Positions 40,371 to 57,349 of a DNA stretch of 64,000 bases are shown here, piece after piece; position 1 is the stretch's first letter; every line of letters begins with the position of its first letter. The notes below the pieces were generated by a model that was given only the letters and a program-made list of their open reading frames with translations, had not been told where the DNA came from and searched no databases. Origin of the DNA: an uncultured Candidatus Saccharibacteria bacterium. GTDB taxonomy: Bacteria > Patescibacteriota > Minisyncoccia > Phycocordibacterales > SBAW01. The stretch spans positions 15,388 to 79,387 of the forward strand of contig CAZMIU010000001.1 in NCBI GenBank assembly GCA_964566795.1, written 5' to 3'. The translations under genes were made by a program, and so were the position numbers.

Positions 40371-41279
40371 ATGGCCAACAGGCACCTTTCACGCTCAGCA
40401 GTCCTCCAAACACTCTTCGAGTGGGACTTCAGACATCTGTCCGCGGATGCGGCAGGCGAGGCGCTTGCCCGCGTGGCAGCAGAGTTTGTCCCACAGGGCG
40501 GCGACCTGCCGTTTATGGAGGAGCTCCTTAAGGGGACTCTCTCGCGCATTAAGGATCTCGACATGGTCATAGGCAAGGCCGCCCCCGAGTGGCCTATCGA
40601 GCGTATCGCCCCGGTTGACCGCAATGTACTGCGGCTTGGGCTGTTTGAACTTTTGTTTGCGGACCGCGACAAGGTCCCGGCCAAGGTCGCTATCAACGAG
40701 GCAATTGAGCTTGCCAAGCACTTTGGCGGCGAGCACAGCGGCCGCTTTGTAAACGGCGTCTTGGGCGCGGTATACAAAGAGCTGGGCGAGCCGGGCAAAG
40801 ACGAGGTAAGCAAGAAAAAGAAGGACGTCCCGTGGGAGGAGATGCCGCAAGAGCGCCTTGTGGGCGCCGTGGTATACGCCAAGAGCGGGAGCGAGCTATA
40901 CCTGGCGCTCGTGCATGACATTTTTGGCCATTGGACCCTGTCCAAGGGCAAGCTTACCCCCGAGGAGTCTCCCGAGGACGGCGTGGTTCGCAAGATTAAG
41001 GAGGAGATTGGCCTTACGATAGAGCCGGAGGCACGCTTGGGCGAGAACGAGTACGCCGCCAACGACCCCGCAACCGGCAAGAAGCGCAAGCACGTGATCT
41101 ACTTTTTGGCCAAGTCGCCGTTTACGGAGGTGCAGTTGGCAAAAAAGGGCGGGCTCGACGATGCGCGCTGGTTTAAGCTCAAGGACGCGCTCGAGCTCAA
41201 TTTTTATGAGGACATGCTCCCCATTGTGATGAAGGCAGTAGAGCAGCTGGGCGCAGGTAAGAAACTACACAGTCATTAA
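40371..41279 (+). CDS. nusB: NusB fused to a Nudix-like domain
   Basis: RHLSR..LQTLF, DRNVLR, INEAIELAK, FVNGVL; C domain WTLSKG...KEEIGL. Confidence 0.9.
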   Translation: MANRHLSRSAVLQTLFEWDFRHLSADAAGEALARVAAEFVPQGGDLPFMEELLKGTLSRIKDLDMVIGKAAPEWPIERIAPVDRNVLRLGLFELLFADRDKVPAKVAINEAIELAKHFGGEHSGRFVNGVLGAVYKELGEPGKDEVSKKKKDVPWEEMPQERLVGAVVYAKSGSELYLALVHDIFGHWTLSKGKLTPEESPEDGVVRKIKEEIGLTIEPEARLGENEYAANDPATGKKRKHVIYFLAKSPFTEVQLAKKGGLDDARWFKLKDALELNFYEDMLPIVMKAVEQLGAGKKLHSH

Positions 41280-41314
41280 TCCCGGCTACAGACTAGTCGG
41301 ATACACACACTAAT

Positions 41315-42007
41315 ATGGCAGCCGACTTTAATACGTTCGAGGACAAACTGGGCGTGCAGTTTAACGATGCAGACCTGCTTAGGCAGGCGTTTACGCACCG
41401 CTCATATCTCAACGAGCACCGCGGCGAGGTTAAGGGCCACAACGAGCGCCTGGAGTTTTTGGGCGACGCCGTACTCGAGCTTATTGCCACGCACTTTTTG
41501 TACGAGAAGTTCCCGGGCCAGACCGAGGGCGACTTAACCGCGTACCGCGCCGCGCTTGTAAACGCGGTGACGTGCGCGGAGGTGGCGCAGGAGCTTGGCA
41601 TGAACGACTATCTTTTGCTTAGCCGCGGCGAGGCCAAGGACACGGGCCGCGCGCGCGGTATCCTTATGGCCAACGCGTTTGAGGCGCTGGTGGGCGCCAT
41701 CTACCTGGATCAGGGCTACGACGCCGCCAAAAAATTTATAACAGAGTACCTGTTCCCCAAGATTGACGAGATTATCGAGAAAAAGCTCTGGCTTGATGCC
41801 AAGTCGAGTCTGCAGGAAAAAGCGCAGGAGGTAGAGGGCAGCACCCCGAGCTACAGCGTACTCAAGGAGTGGGGCCCCGACCACGACAAGCACTTTGTCG
41901 TGGGCGTGTATGTTAAGGACAAGCTTTTGGCCGAGGGCCAGGGCAAGTCTAAGCAGGACGCCGAGCAGGCCGCAGCGCGCGCCGCACTTGATGCCCGCGG
42001 GTGGTAA
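41315..42007 (+). CDS. rnc: Ribonuclease III
   Basis: HNERLEFLGDAVL and a dsRBD. Confidence 0.97.
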   Translation: MAADFNTFEDKLGVQFNDADLLRQAFTHRSYLNEHRGEVKGHNERLEFLGDAVLELIATHFLYEKFPGQTEGDLTAYRAALVNAVTCAEVAQELGMNDYLLLSRGEAKDTGRARGILMANAFEALVGAIYLDQGYDAAKKFITEYLFPKIDEIIEKKLWLDAKSSLQEKAQEVEGSTPSYSVLKEWGPDHDKHFVVGVYVKDKLLAEGQGKSKQDAEQAAARAALDARGW

Positions 42008-42017
42008 ACTGTAGGTA

Positions 42018-44216
42018 ATGCGGCTCAAATCGATAGAGCTTACTGGGTTTAAGTCTTTTGCCAAAAAGACGCCTCTTTCGTTTGAGGCCGCGATAACCTC
42101 CATAGTGGGTCCCAACGGCTCTGGCAAATCGAACATTGCCGAGTCGTTTCGCTTTGCTCTGGGCGAGCAGTCGATGAAGAGCATGCGCGGCAAGCGGGGC
42201 GAGGACATGATATGGAACGGTTCCAGTGCCTCACCACGCGGCAACAGGGCCTCGGTCAAGCTTGTGTTTGACAACGCAGACCGCAAGCTCCCGCTGGATT
42301 TTGACGAGGTGAGCGTGGAGCGCGTGGTGCACCGCGATGGCGGCAACGACTACCTGCTAAACGGCAGCCAGGTGAGGCTAAGAGATGTGCAGGAGCTCCT
42401 CTCGGGCGCCAACATAGGCTCCTCGGGCCACCACATCATTTCCCAGGGCGAGGCCGACCGCATTTTAAGCGCGGGCCCCACCGAGCGCCGCGAAATGATA
42501 GAGGATGCGCTGGGGCTCACCGCCTTTTTGTATAAGCGCGAGGAAGCGCACAAGAAGTTGGACAAAACCGCCGAGAATATGCGCGAGGTTGAGGCTCTGC
42601 GCCGCGAGCTCGCCCCGCATCTTAAGTTTCTAAACTCGCAGGTAAAAAAGCTCGAGGAGGCACAGACGCTCCGCGACGACCTAAAGGCGCGCTACCTGGA
42701 GTACTTTAAGCGCGAAAGCCAGTACCTAAAAATTTCCGAGGCTGATATTGCAGGCTCGCTCGAGGGCCCCGAGCACGAACATCGCGAGCTTGAGCGGCGC
42801 ATTGTGCACCTGCGCGAGGAGCTCCAAAAGAGTCATGGCAAAGACCATAGCACCCAGGAGTTGATGCGGCTTGAGGAGGAGGGTAGGAAGGCTGCACAGC
42901 GCCGCCAGGAGATTGCGCGCGAGTTGGGCCGTATCGAGGGCGCTCTTGCCGCGCACGAGGCTATTGGCCACCACGATGAGGCTGTGCCCGCAAGCGAGGC
43001 ACGCGGCTTTGCGGAGCGCGTGCTCTTGGAGCTTGAGTTGCCGTATGGCGACGAGGTGGCGTTTAAAAAGCGCGTCTCGGCGCTCATTATATTGACCCAG
43101 GAATTTTTGCGCCGGATTACTCAGGGGCCAAAGACTAAAGGCGAGAGCGCAGAGGACTTAAAGGCCAGGCGCCAGGCGCTTGATGAAGAGCTAAGCGCGC
43201 TTGGCAGGCAGGAAGAGGAGACCGCACGGGCAATTGTTGCGCTTAGGAGGTCTATCGAGAGCGAGAAGGATGCCTCGCGCGATGCCGAGCGCGAGCTCTT
43301 TCAGGCAATGGCGCGCCGCAGCGAGTTGGGAGCAGAGCTTGCGGGCCTCAGGGCCAGGCGCGAGCTGGTATTGCGCGAGCATGAGGCCTTTAAGCGCGAT
43401 CTTGGCGAGGCAGCGGTGCTTGTGGGCCACGAGGTTGCCGGGTATGAGCACTACGTGCTTGATATTGATGCAGATGGCGAGGACCGCGGGGTACAGGAGG
43501 ACCGTCGCCGCAAGCTCGAGCGCATCAAGATTCGTCTTGAGGAGTCGGGCTTGGCCGGCGCCTCTGACGTACTAAAGGAGCACAAAGAGACTACCGAGCG
43601 CGACGAGTTTCTGAGCCGCGAGCTTTTGGACCTTGAGACTAGCAGGCAGTCGCTCCTGCACCTCATAGATGAACTGACCCAAACACTAGAGATGCGCTTT
43701 GGCGAGGGGATTGAAAAGATCAACAGGGAGTTTGATGCATTCTTTAAGCTCATGTTTGGCGGCGGCTCGGCCTCGCTCCAAATTGTCAAGGAGAAAAAGG
43801 CGCGCCGCGGCGCAGTCGATAGTGATGAGGAAGATGCACAGGAGGATGATGGGGAGGTACAGCAGGGGATAGACCTCACGGTTTCTTTGCCGCTTAAGCG
43901 CGTTAAGGGCCTGCATATGCTCTCGGGCGGCGAGCGCGCGCTCACCTCTATTGCGCTTATATTTGCGATGAGCCAGGTTAACCCGCCGCCGTTCCTTATT
44001 TTGGATGAGACGGATGCCGCGCTCGATGAGGCAAACTCGCGCCGCTATGGCGATATGATAGAGACCTTGGCCAAGCACAGCCAGCTTATTGTGATAACCC
44101 ACAACCGCGAGACCATGAGCCGCGCCGGGATTTTGTACGGCATTACCATGGGCTCAGACGGCGCCTCCAAGCTCTTGAGTGTGAAATTTGAGGAGGCTTT
44201 GGCAGTGGCCAAATAA
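42018..44216 (+). CDS. smc: Short SMC-family chromosome segregation ATPase
   Basis: GFKSF, GPNGSGKSN, ISQG, LSGGE, LDETDAALD, ITH. Confidence 0.9.
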   Translation: MRLKSIELTGFKSFAKKTPLSFEAAITSIVGPNGSGKSNIAESFRFALGEQSMKSMRGKRGEDMIWNGSSASPRGNRASVKLVFDNADRKLPLDFDEVSVERVVHRDGGNDYLLNGSQVRLRDVQELLSGANIGSSGHHIISQGEADRILSAGPTERREMIEDALGLTAFLYKREEAHKKLDKTAENMREVEALRRELAPHLKFLNSQVKKLEEAQTLRDDLKARYLEYFKRESQYLKISEADIAGSLEGPEHEHRELERRIVHLREELQKSHGKDHSTQELMRLEEEGRKAAQRRQEIARELGRIEGALAAHEAIGHHDEAVPASEARGFAERVLLELELPYGDEVAFKKRVSALIILTQEFLRRITQGPKTKGESAEDLKARRQALDEELSALGRQEEETARAIVALRRSIESEKDASRDAERELFQAMARRSELGAELAGLRARRELVLREHEAFKRDLGEAAVLVGHEVAGYEHYVLDIDADGEDRGVQEDRRRKLERIKIRLEESGLAGASDVLKEHKETTERDEFLSRELLDLETSRQSLLHLIDELTQTLEMRFGEGIEKINREFDAFFKLMFGGGSASLQIVKEKKARRGAVDSDEEDAQEDDGEVQQGIDLTVSLPLKRVKGLHMLSGGERALTSIALIFAMSQVNPPPFLILDETDAALDEANSRRYGDMIETLAKHSQLIVITHNRETMSRAGILYGITMGSDGASKLLSVKFEEALAVAK

Positions 44217-44262
44217 AAAAGTAGTGGTATAGTCTGGTTTAGGCAGCACATGGGAGGCCAAC

Positions 44263-44448
44263 ATGGCAGGATCGAAGACCATTGCCAGCGCAGACGCCGG
44301 CGACTTCCACTTTGAACTGAAGAAGGAGGGCGACAAGTATCACTGCCTGCGCTCGGATGTATCAAACCCGACACAGGCCGAGGAGGTGACCGATCTGCAG
44401 GATATCCCGCAGACCGTGTTCACTATCTTTAACAAGCTGATGTACTAG
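44263..44448 (+). CDS. Small orphan protein
   Basis: GGGAGG SD; TGG-TATAGT upstream; natural-looking composition. Confidence 0.6.
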   Translation: MAGSKTIASADAGDFHFELKKEGDKYHCLRSDVSNPTQAEEVTDLQDIPQTVFTIFNKLMY

Positions 44449-46445
44449 CGTACCAGCTCAAAATCGAGCGTGCGGGTCACCTGATCCGCCGCTACCAACT
44501 TTACACGCACGGCATCCCCGAGCGTGTATTTTTCTTTTGTGCGCTCACCCACAAGCGCGTACTCTTTTTGGCTGTAGGTAAAGAAGTCTTGACCGATAGA
44601 GCGTACGCGCACCAGACCCTCGGCACCGGAGGACTTTTCCTCCACGTACAGGCCCCAGTCGGTCACACCGCTAATCGTGCCGTCGAACGTCTGCCCGATT
44701 TTCGGCGTCATAAACTCTACCTGCTTGTAGCGTATAGACTCGCGCTCGGCATCCACGGCCTTGGCCTCCTGCTCGCAGGCAAGGATGCAGCTGGTCTCGA
44801 GGCCATCGTATTCCTCGCGGCTTATAGGCGCACCGCCCAGGTGTGAGGCCAGGATGCGATGCACGAGCATGTCGGGGTAGCGGCGTATTGGTGAGGTAAA
44901 GTGCGTGTAGTACTCAAACGCCAGACCAAAGTGCCCGATGTTTTTGGTGGTGTAGATGGCCTTAGCCATAGAGCGCAGGGTAGCAGTGCGGATGAGGTGC
45001 TCCTCGGGCTTGCCCTTAATTTCCTCGAGCAGTTTTTGGATGTCCTTGGCCCTGATCTTCGACTTTTTGTGGCCAAACTCGTAGCCTATCGCGCGCACAA
45101 AGGTGGCCAGCTCCTCGATACGGTCGGGCTTGGGGTCGTCGTGGATGCGGTACAAAAACGCGTAGCGCCTCTCGGGTACATCCTTGGCGATCTTTGATAC
45201 AAACTTGGCCACCTCGCGGTTAGCCAGGAGCATAAACTCCTCGATAAGCCAGTTGGTGTCGATACGCACCTTGCGGATTACCCTAAGCGGTACGCCGGTT
45301 ATAGGATCGAGTTCAAACTTAAACTCGTTGTCGCCAAAGTCTATGGCACCCTCCACAAAGCGCCTGTCGCGCATAATCTTGGCGAGTGTATATAACGCCA
45401 TCAGCTCTCGAGCAAAGGTCAGACCTTTGTAATCTGACAAAGGTCTGACCTTTGCTTGATCGAGGACCTCCTGTGCCTCCTCATACGTAAAGCGCTTTTT
45501 GGAGCGGATAACTGACTTGGTAAAGCTGCGCGAGAGTACGTTGGCCTTGGCATCAAGAATAAATATGCCCGAGAACGCGAGGCGGTCCTCGTCGGGCTTG
45601 AGCGACGCCACACCGCCCGAGATGGCGTGGGGGAGCATGGGGATGGTCGCGTCTACTAAATAGACTGAGGTGCCGCGCTTGCGCGCCTCACGGTCAACTG
45701 CGGTGCCCGGTGCGCAATAGTAGCTGGCATCTGCGATGTGTACACCTATGCGGTAGGTACCGTCCTCCAGTGTCTCTATAGAGAGTGCGTCGTCAAAGTC
45801 TTTGGCGTCTTTGGGGTCGATAGTCATCACATCGAGATGCCTGAAGTCCGCGCGGCGGGGCAGCTCGCTTGCAATAATCTCCTGGTGGCGGCGCTCGTAC
45901 TCCTTGGCCTCAAGCTCTGCCTCAGGAGGGAACTCGGTTTTAAAGCCCTTCTCTATAACGATCGCGTTCATCTCTACGCGGTGCTCGCCGGCTTTACCTA
46001 GTACCTCGACAATCTCGCCGTGTGCCACCTTGCCGTCAAAGGAGGTAAGACGCACCAGGACCTTCTCGCCATCTTTGCCGCCTTTAACCTTAATAGGTGC
46101 GTAAAACTTCTGATCGGCGGGGATAGCTGTGTCTCCTTTAATAGTGCAGACAAACTCCTGCTTGGCGCGCTTGATAACACGGGTCACTTTCCCGGCGTAG
46201 CGCTTGGCCTTGGGGGCCTGGCCCTTAAAGCCGCGGGTTGGGGCAAAGCCCATAACCATGACCTCGACCTCATCGCCGTTAAGCGCCCCACCCAAGTCTG
46301 CGGTTTGGATCTCGATGTCTTCTTTGTCGGCATCGTCTGGCCAGGGCAAATAGCCCACCCCTTTGCGGGTGACCTGTATTATCCCTTGGATACGTTTTTT
46401 AGCACCCTCGGGAGCCCCGGGGCGGCCATGTCTCTTAGGAGGCAT
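44445..46445 (-). CDS. rnr: Ribonuclease R
   Basis: TIDPKDAKDFDDA, HIAD, HFGLA, YTHFTSPIRRYPD, S1 domain. Confidence 0.95.
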   Translation of the reverse strand: MPPKRHGRPGAPEGAKKRIQGIIQVTRKGVGYLPWPDDADKEDIEIQTADLGGALNGDEVEVMVMGFAPTRGFKGQAPKAKRYAGKVTRVIKRAKQEFVCTIKGDTAIPADQKFYAPIKVKGGKDGEKVLVRLTSFDGKVAHGEIVEVLGKAGEHRVEMNAIVIEKGFKTEFPPEAELEAKEYERRHQEIIASELPRRADFRHLDVMTIDPKDAKDFDDALSIETLEDGTYRIGVHIADASYYCAPGTAVDREARKRGTSVYLVDATIPMLPHAISGGVASLKPDEDRLAFSGIFILDAKANVLSRSFTKSVIRSKKRFTYEEAQEVLDQAKVRPLSDYKGLTFARELMALYTLAKIMRDRRFVEGAIDFGDNEFKFELDPITGVPLRVIRKVRIDTNWLIEEFMLLANREVAKFVSKIAKDVPERRYAFLYRIHDDPKPDRIEELATFVRAIGYEFGHKKSKIRAKDIQKLLEEIKGKPEEHLIRTATLRSMAKAIYTTKNIGHFGLAFEYYTHFTSPIRRYPDMLVHRILASHLGGAPISREEYDGLETSCILACEQEAKAVDAERESIRYKQVEFMTPKIGQTFDGTISGVTDWGLYVEEKSSGAEGLVRVRSIGQDFFTYSQKEYALVGERTKEKYTLGDAVRVKLVAADQVTRTLDFELVR
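45411..45456. repeat. Paired REP-like palindromes inside rnr
   Basis: CAAAGGTCAGACCTTTG-N8-CAAAGGTCTGACCTTTG. Confidence 0.75.
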
Positions 46446-46563
46446 TAATGGACCTATACTAGCGCATTTGTTGACCAAAAGCCAGTGGCCTGCTAGAGTA
46501 CTGCCATACCCCGCACGGGGCCCTTTTTCTGAGGAAAAAGGAAATACACAAGATTTAAGAAAT

Positions 46564-47004
46564 ATGTTGGTAATCCGACTCACACGCGTAGGCAAGAAAA
46601 AGGACGCCTCTTTCCGCGTGGTCGTTGTAGACTCCAAGCGCAAGGTTAAGGCCGGCAACTACCTCGAGATGGTAGGCTCCTATGACCCGCGCGTAGACCG
46701 CTCTGAGCTCAAGGCAGACCGCATCAAGCACTGGATAGCACAGGGTGCCAGGCCCTCTGACACCGTGCACAACCTCCTTGTTTCAAACAAGATTATTGAG
46801 GGCAAGAAAATAAATGTGCTCCCCAAGAAGGTGCTCGCTAAGCCTGCCCCGACCGAGGCGTCGGGGGTAGAGGAGCCGGTAGCCGAGGCTCCCGCAACAG
46901 AGGCAGCACCCGAGGCCGAGTCTGCACCCGCAGAGGAGGTAGCTCAGGAGACTCCCGCAGACACTCCGGCAGAGGAGGCACCCAAAGAGGAGGCAAGTGC
47001 ATAA
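46564..47004 (+). CDS. rpsP: 30S ribosomal protein S16 with acidic Ala/Glu/Pro tail
   Basis: IRLTRVGKK, GSYDP, GARPSDTV. Confidence 0.95.
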   Translation: MLVIRLTRVGKKKDASFRVVVVDSKRKVKAGNYLEMVGSYDPRVDRSELKADRIKHWIAQGARPSDTVHNLLVSNKIIEGKKINVLPKKVLAKPAPTEASGVEEPVAEAPATEAAPEAESAPAEEVAQETPADTPAEEAPKEEASA

Positions 47005-47068
47005 AGCACTAGGCACGGAATACTCCTTGGTACACTAAAGGAGTAGATTTACAAATAAATATACTGAT

Positions 47069-47449
47069 ATGGCGACAGAGAAGGACCAGGAGTTTTTGGA
47101 GTTTGTTATCAAGGGTCTTGTTGAGAAGCCCGAGGATGTAAAGATCAGCCGCGTTGTTGATGAGATGGGTGTACTCCTCACCCTCGACCTTAACGCCGAG
47201 GACATGGGCAAGGTGATAGGCCGCTCTGGCAACACCGCCAAGGCTATCCGCACACTCCTGCGCGTCGTGGGTATGAAGCACAACGCCCGCGTTAACTTAA
47301 AGATTAACGAGCCCGCAGGTGGGCGCCGCGACACCAGCATGGACTCTGGCGGCACCGCAGCCCAGGGCTGGGACGGCAGTCACGAGGCTCCGGCTACCCC
47401 GGCCATGAAGAGTATTGACGAAGCCATGGGCGACCTCGACAACTTCTAG
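47069..47449 (+). CDS. khpA: KH-domain RNA-binding protein
   Basis: DMGKVIGRSG KH loop; rpsP-khpA-trmD context. Confidence 0.9.
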   Translation: MATEKDQEFLEFVIKGLVEKPEDVKISRVVDEMGVLLTLDLNAEDMGKVIGRSGNTAKAIRTLLRVVGMKHNARVNLKINEPAGGRRDTSMDSGGTAAQGWDGSHEAPATPAMKSIDEAMGDLDNF

Positions 47450-48123
47450 TGAACTTCCACGTTGTCACACTATTTCCTGAAGTGATAGACGCCTACACAG
47501 GGGCGTCTATTTTGGGCCGGGCACAAAAGGCAAAGCTCATGAAGGTTAAGACGTACCAGCTGCGGGATACTGCGGGGAATAAGTGGGGCAAGGTAGATGA
47601 GAGGCCTTACGGCGGCGGTCCTGGTATGGTTTTGCGTGCTGAGCCGGTAATCAAAGCCGTCGAAAAGATACACAAAAAGCTCAATCGGGAGACCGAATCT
47701 CCCGACAGGAAGGTAAAAGTGTTGGTTACCTCTGCAGGTGGCAAGCCGCTTACTAACGCCTACGCCAAAGCGCTTACCAAGCACAAAGATGTGGTGATTA
47801 TTTGCGGCCGCTATGAGGGCATTGATGCGCGCGCCATAAAAGCGCTCAAGGCCGAGGAGGTGTCGGTTGGCGACTATATATTGACCGGCGGCGAGGTGCC
47901 GGCGATGGCTATTATCGATGCGACCGCCCGCCAGATTAAGGGAGTCTTGGGTAAGTTTGAGAGTTTGGAGGAGAGCAGGGTAGCCAGCCACGATATTTAT
48001 ACCCGCCCCGAGGTTCTCACTATAAAGGGCAAAAAGTACCGCGTCCCCAAGGTGCTACTCTCGGGCCACCATGCCAAAAAGGATGAGTGGAAAGAAAAGA
48101 GGCGCTCCAACCCAACTGGATAA
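47449..48123 (+). CDS. trmD: tRNA (guanine37-N1)-methyltransferase
   Basis: TLFPE, PYGGGPGMV, CGRYEGID, GDYILTGGE, YTRP. Confidence 0.96.
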   Translation: MNFHVVTLFPEVIDAYTGASILGRAQKAKLMKVKTYQLRDTAGNKWGKVDERPYGGGPGMVLRAEPVIKAVEKIHKKLNRETESPDRKVKVLVTSAGGKPLTNAYAKALTKHKDVVIICGRYEGIDARAIKALKAEEVSVGDYILTGGEVPAMAIIDATARQIKGVLGKFESLEESRVASHDIYTRPEVLTIKGKKYRVPKVLLSGHHAKKDEWKEKRRSNPTG

Positions 48124-48205
48124 GGCGCTTGAGAGATTTTTATACCGTGTTACTGTATTGGGCACGTGCATAAAGCACGATGAAGTACACACGAGGGAGA
48201 CCCGA

Positions 48206-48391
48206 ATGCTCCAAGGACAGGCTCTTGAACAAAGGCCGATTCCAACCAAGTGGAAGAAAAGGACTGCCCCCGAGTATATCCGGCCGGTCCATGTTACGCC
48301 GGCTTTCAACCATCCGCCCGACTCCCGCCCCCTTTCCTGGGAGTTTCCTCCCCAAGAGACCAATGTCGTCCCGTTGCGTCCCCGTAACTAG
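48206..48391 (+). CDS. Small Pro-rich orphan protein
   Basis: GAGGGAG SD 6 nt before ATG; hairpin 48403-48433 downstream. Confidence 0.45.
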   Translation: MLQGQALEQRPIPTKWKKRTAPEYIRPVHVTPAFNHPPDSRPLSWEFPPQETNVVPLRPRN

Positions 48392-48456
48392 CGCTTTCAT
48401 CCAGACCCCCGGCCTTATACAGGCTGGGGGTTCTTCTATATATAGGAGTAGGGGGT

Positions 48457-48484
48457 TTGACAGCCCCCAATATATGGCTATACT
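48457..48484 (+). promoter_or_regulatory. Sigma70-type promoter upstream of rpoBC
   Basis: TTGACA-16 nt-TATACT about 280 nt before the start. Confidence 0.6.
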
Positions 48485-48767
48485 GGATAGCGAAACCAAC
48501 AGGCAGTCCGCCTTGGGTGGACGATTGAGTATCGAGTGGGGGTTTCGATACAAATAGAAAGGTGCTCGGTTACACCTAAAGCTTCATAGAGAAGCGACGG
48601 GAGCTATTTACGCGCCCGCGATTTTTCGTGTTTTGGCTCTGTGCATAAGTATCTTGTAGCGCGAAAGGTTTTGTGCTCGCAGCCATTGCCAGAAACATCA
48701 GGTCTTTAGTCCGCAAGAGCAGTAGTGCGAGGTCTCATTATTACGGGCACTTCATCAAATATTAACT

Positions 48768-55619
<6,852 letters not shown>

Positions 55620-55638
55620 CAACTCAGTATTACAAAAC

Positions 55639-55673
55639 AAAAAGTCCGGGCCTGCCAAGGTCTCGGGCTTTTT
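55639..55673 (+). terminator. Terminator after rpoBC
   Basis: AAAAAGTCCGGG...CTCGGGCTTTTT. Confidence 0.6.
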
Positions 55674-55701
55674 GCACTAAAAGAGTAGACTACAACTATC
55701 T

Positions 55702-57330
55702 ATGGCGGATACTGAGGTACAGCAGATAAAGGACCGCATCAATATTGTTGAGGTTATCGGCCAGTATGTGCAGCTGCGCAAGGCGGGTAGGAATTACTCG
55801 GGCCGCTGCCCCTTCCACAACGAGCGCACACCGAGCTTTATGGTTAGCCCTGAGCGCGGCACGTACATGTGCTTTGGTTGCGGGGAGAAGGGCGACGTCT
55901 TTAGCTTTGTCCAAAAAATAGACGGGCTCGACTTCTACACCGTGCTCAAGCAGCTGGCCGATAAGGCCGGGGTCGAGCTTGTGCCCCGCAGCCACAACCC
56001 CAAGGCCGCCGAGGAACGCGCGCAAGAGCAAGAGCACGACGAGCGCCTTCGCGCCGTGTGCGAGGCCGCGGTAGGCTACTTTGAGGCAGAGCTCAAAAAG
56101 CGCCCGGATGTTTTGGAGTATTTGCACACCCGCGGCGTGTCAGATGAGAGTATCGCGGCCTGGCGCCTGGGCTATGCGCCCGCAACCTGGGACTCGCTCG
56201 CAAAGCACCTCGTGGCACAGGGCTTTGGCAACCCCGACATAGTAGATGCCGGGTTTGGTATCCGCTCAGAAAAGAGGCAGGGGGAGATTTTTGACAGGTT
56301 TCGCGGGCGTATCATCTTCCCGATATTCGATGCGGGCGGTGCGCCTATTGCGGTCTCGGGGCGGTTCTTTGAGTGGGTAGCCGGACAAAAACAGGAGGGC
56401 GAGCCTGCCAAGTATGTAAACAGCCCCGAGACAAGCCTGTTTAAAAAGTCGCGTGTCTTGTACGGGCTAGACCGCGCACGCGCCGCTATCCGGAAAGCCG
56501 ATTGTATATTGCTGGTAGAGGGTCAGTTCGACCTGGTGCTCGCGCACCAGTCCGGGTTGCCGTTTACCGTAGCGCTCTCGGGCACGGCGCTCACGCCAGA
56601 GCACCTCTCTATAGTAGGAAGGCTCTCCAAGCGGCTAGTACTCGCTCTGGATGGCGACCAGGCGGGCGTGCGCTCCGGGCTCAAGTCGGCACTTATGGCC
56701 ATTGGCGCCGGGTTTGAGGTTAAGGTCCCCACATTCCCCGCGGGGGCCGACCCGGCAGACTTGGCTAAACAAAACCCCGAGCTCCTTAAGGCGGCCATAC
56801 GCACAAGCGCCACCGCGGTCGAGTTCTTTTTGGAGGCGCTGCGCCCGGGGGCAAAAGATGCGCGCGCCTACCAGCGCACCGTTGAGGCACAGGTACTGCC
56901 GCTTGTCGCGGCGCTCGCGAGTGCGATAGAGCGCGAGCATTTTGTGCGCATTGTCGCCCACAAGCTCAATGTCTCAGAAGAGGCCGTACGCACGGAGGTA
57001 GCCAAGCGCCCAACACTTTCAGAGCCTTCACCGGAGATTCAGCCCGCGGCGGGAGAATCTCTAAGTCTACCGCTCTCTCACCTCCCGCCGATGGAGAAGA
57101 AAGTGGGCATGCTCCTGTTTTGTGCGCCCGGCACCCACGCCGCCCTCATAGAGCTGTTGGGCGAGTCATATATTGCCGATATGCGCACTAAACTCGGTGC
57201 GCACGAGGAGGAGCTTATATACTCCTTTGACCGCGAGGTCCACGATGACACCACCCCAGAGTTGGTTGCCGCTGATATGCTCGGACAGGTTATAGAGCTT
57301 ACAAAACGTGCCAAAATGAAGTTAATGTGA
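55702..57330 (+). CDS. dnaG: DNA primase
   Basis: [11 protein letters not shown]...[35 protein letters not shown]. Confidence 0.96.
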   Translation: MADTEVQQIKDRINIVEVIGQYVQLRKAGRNYSGRCPFHNERTPSFMVSPERGTYMCFGCGEKGDVFSFVQKIDGLDFYTVLKQLADKAGVELVPRSHNPKAAEERAQEQEHDERLRAVCEAAVGYFEAELKKRPDVLEYLHTRGVSDESIAAWRLGYAPATWDSLAKHLVAQGFGNPDIVDAGFGIRSEKRQGEIFDRFRGRIIFPIFDAGGAPIAVSGRFFEWVAGQKQEGEPAKYVNSPETSLFKKSRVLYGLDRARAAIRKADCILLVEGQFDLVLAHQSGLPFTVALSGTALTPEHLSIVGRLSKRLVLALDGDQAGVRSGLKSALMAIGAGFEVKVPTFPAGADPADLAKQNPELLKAAIRTSATAVEFFLEALRPGAKDARAYQRTVEAQVLPLVAALASAIEREHFVRIVAHKLNVSEEAVRTEVAKRPTLSEPSPEIQPAAGESLSLPLSHLPPMEKKVGMLLFCAPGTHAALIELLGESYIADMRTKLGAHEEELIYSFDREVHDDTTPELVAADMLGQVIELTKRAKMKLM

Positions 57331-57349
57331 TATAGTATTGAGTAACACT

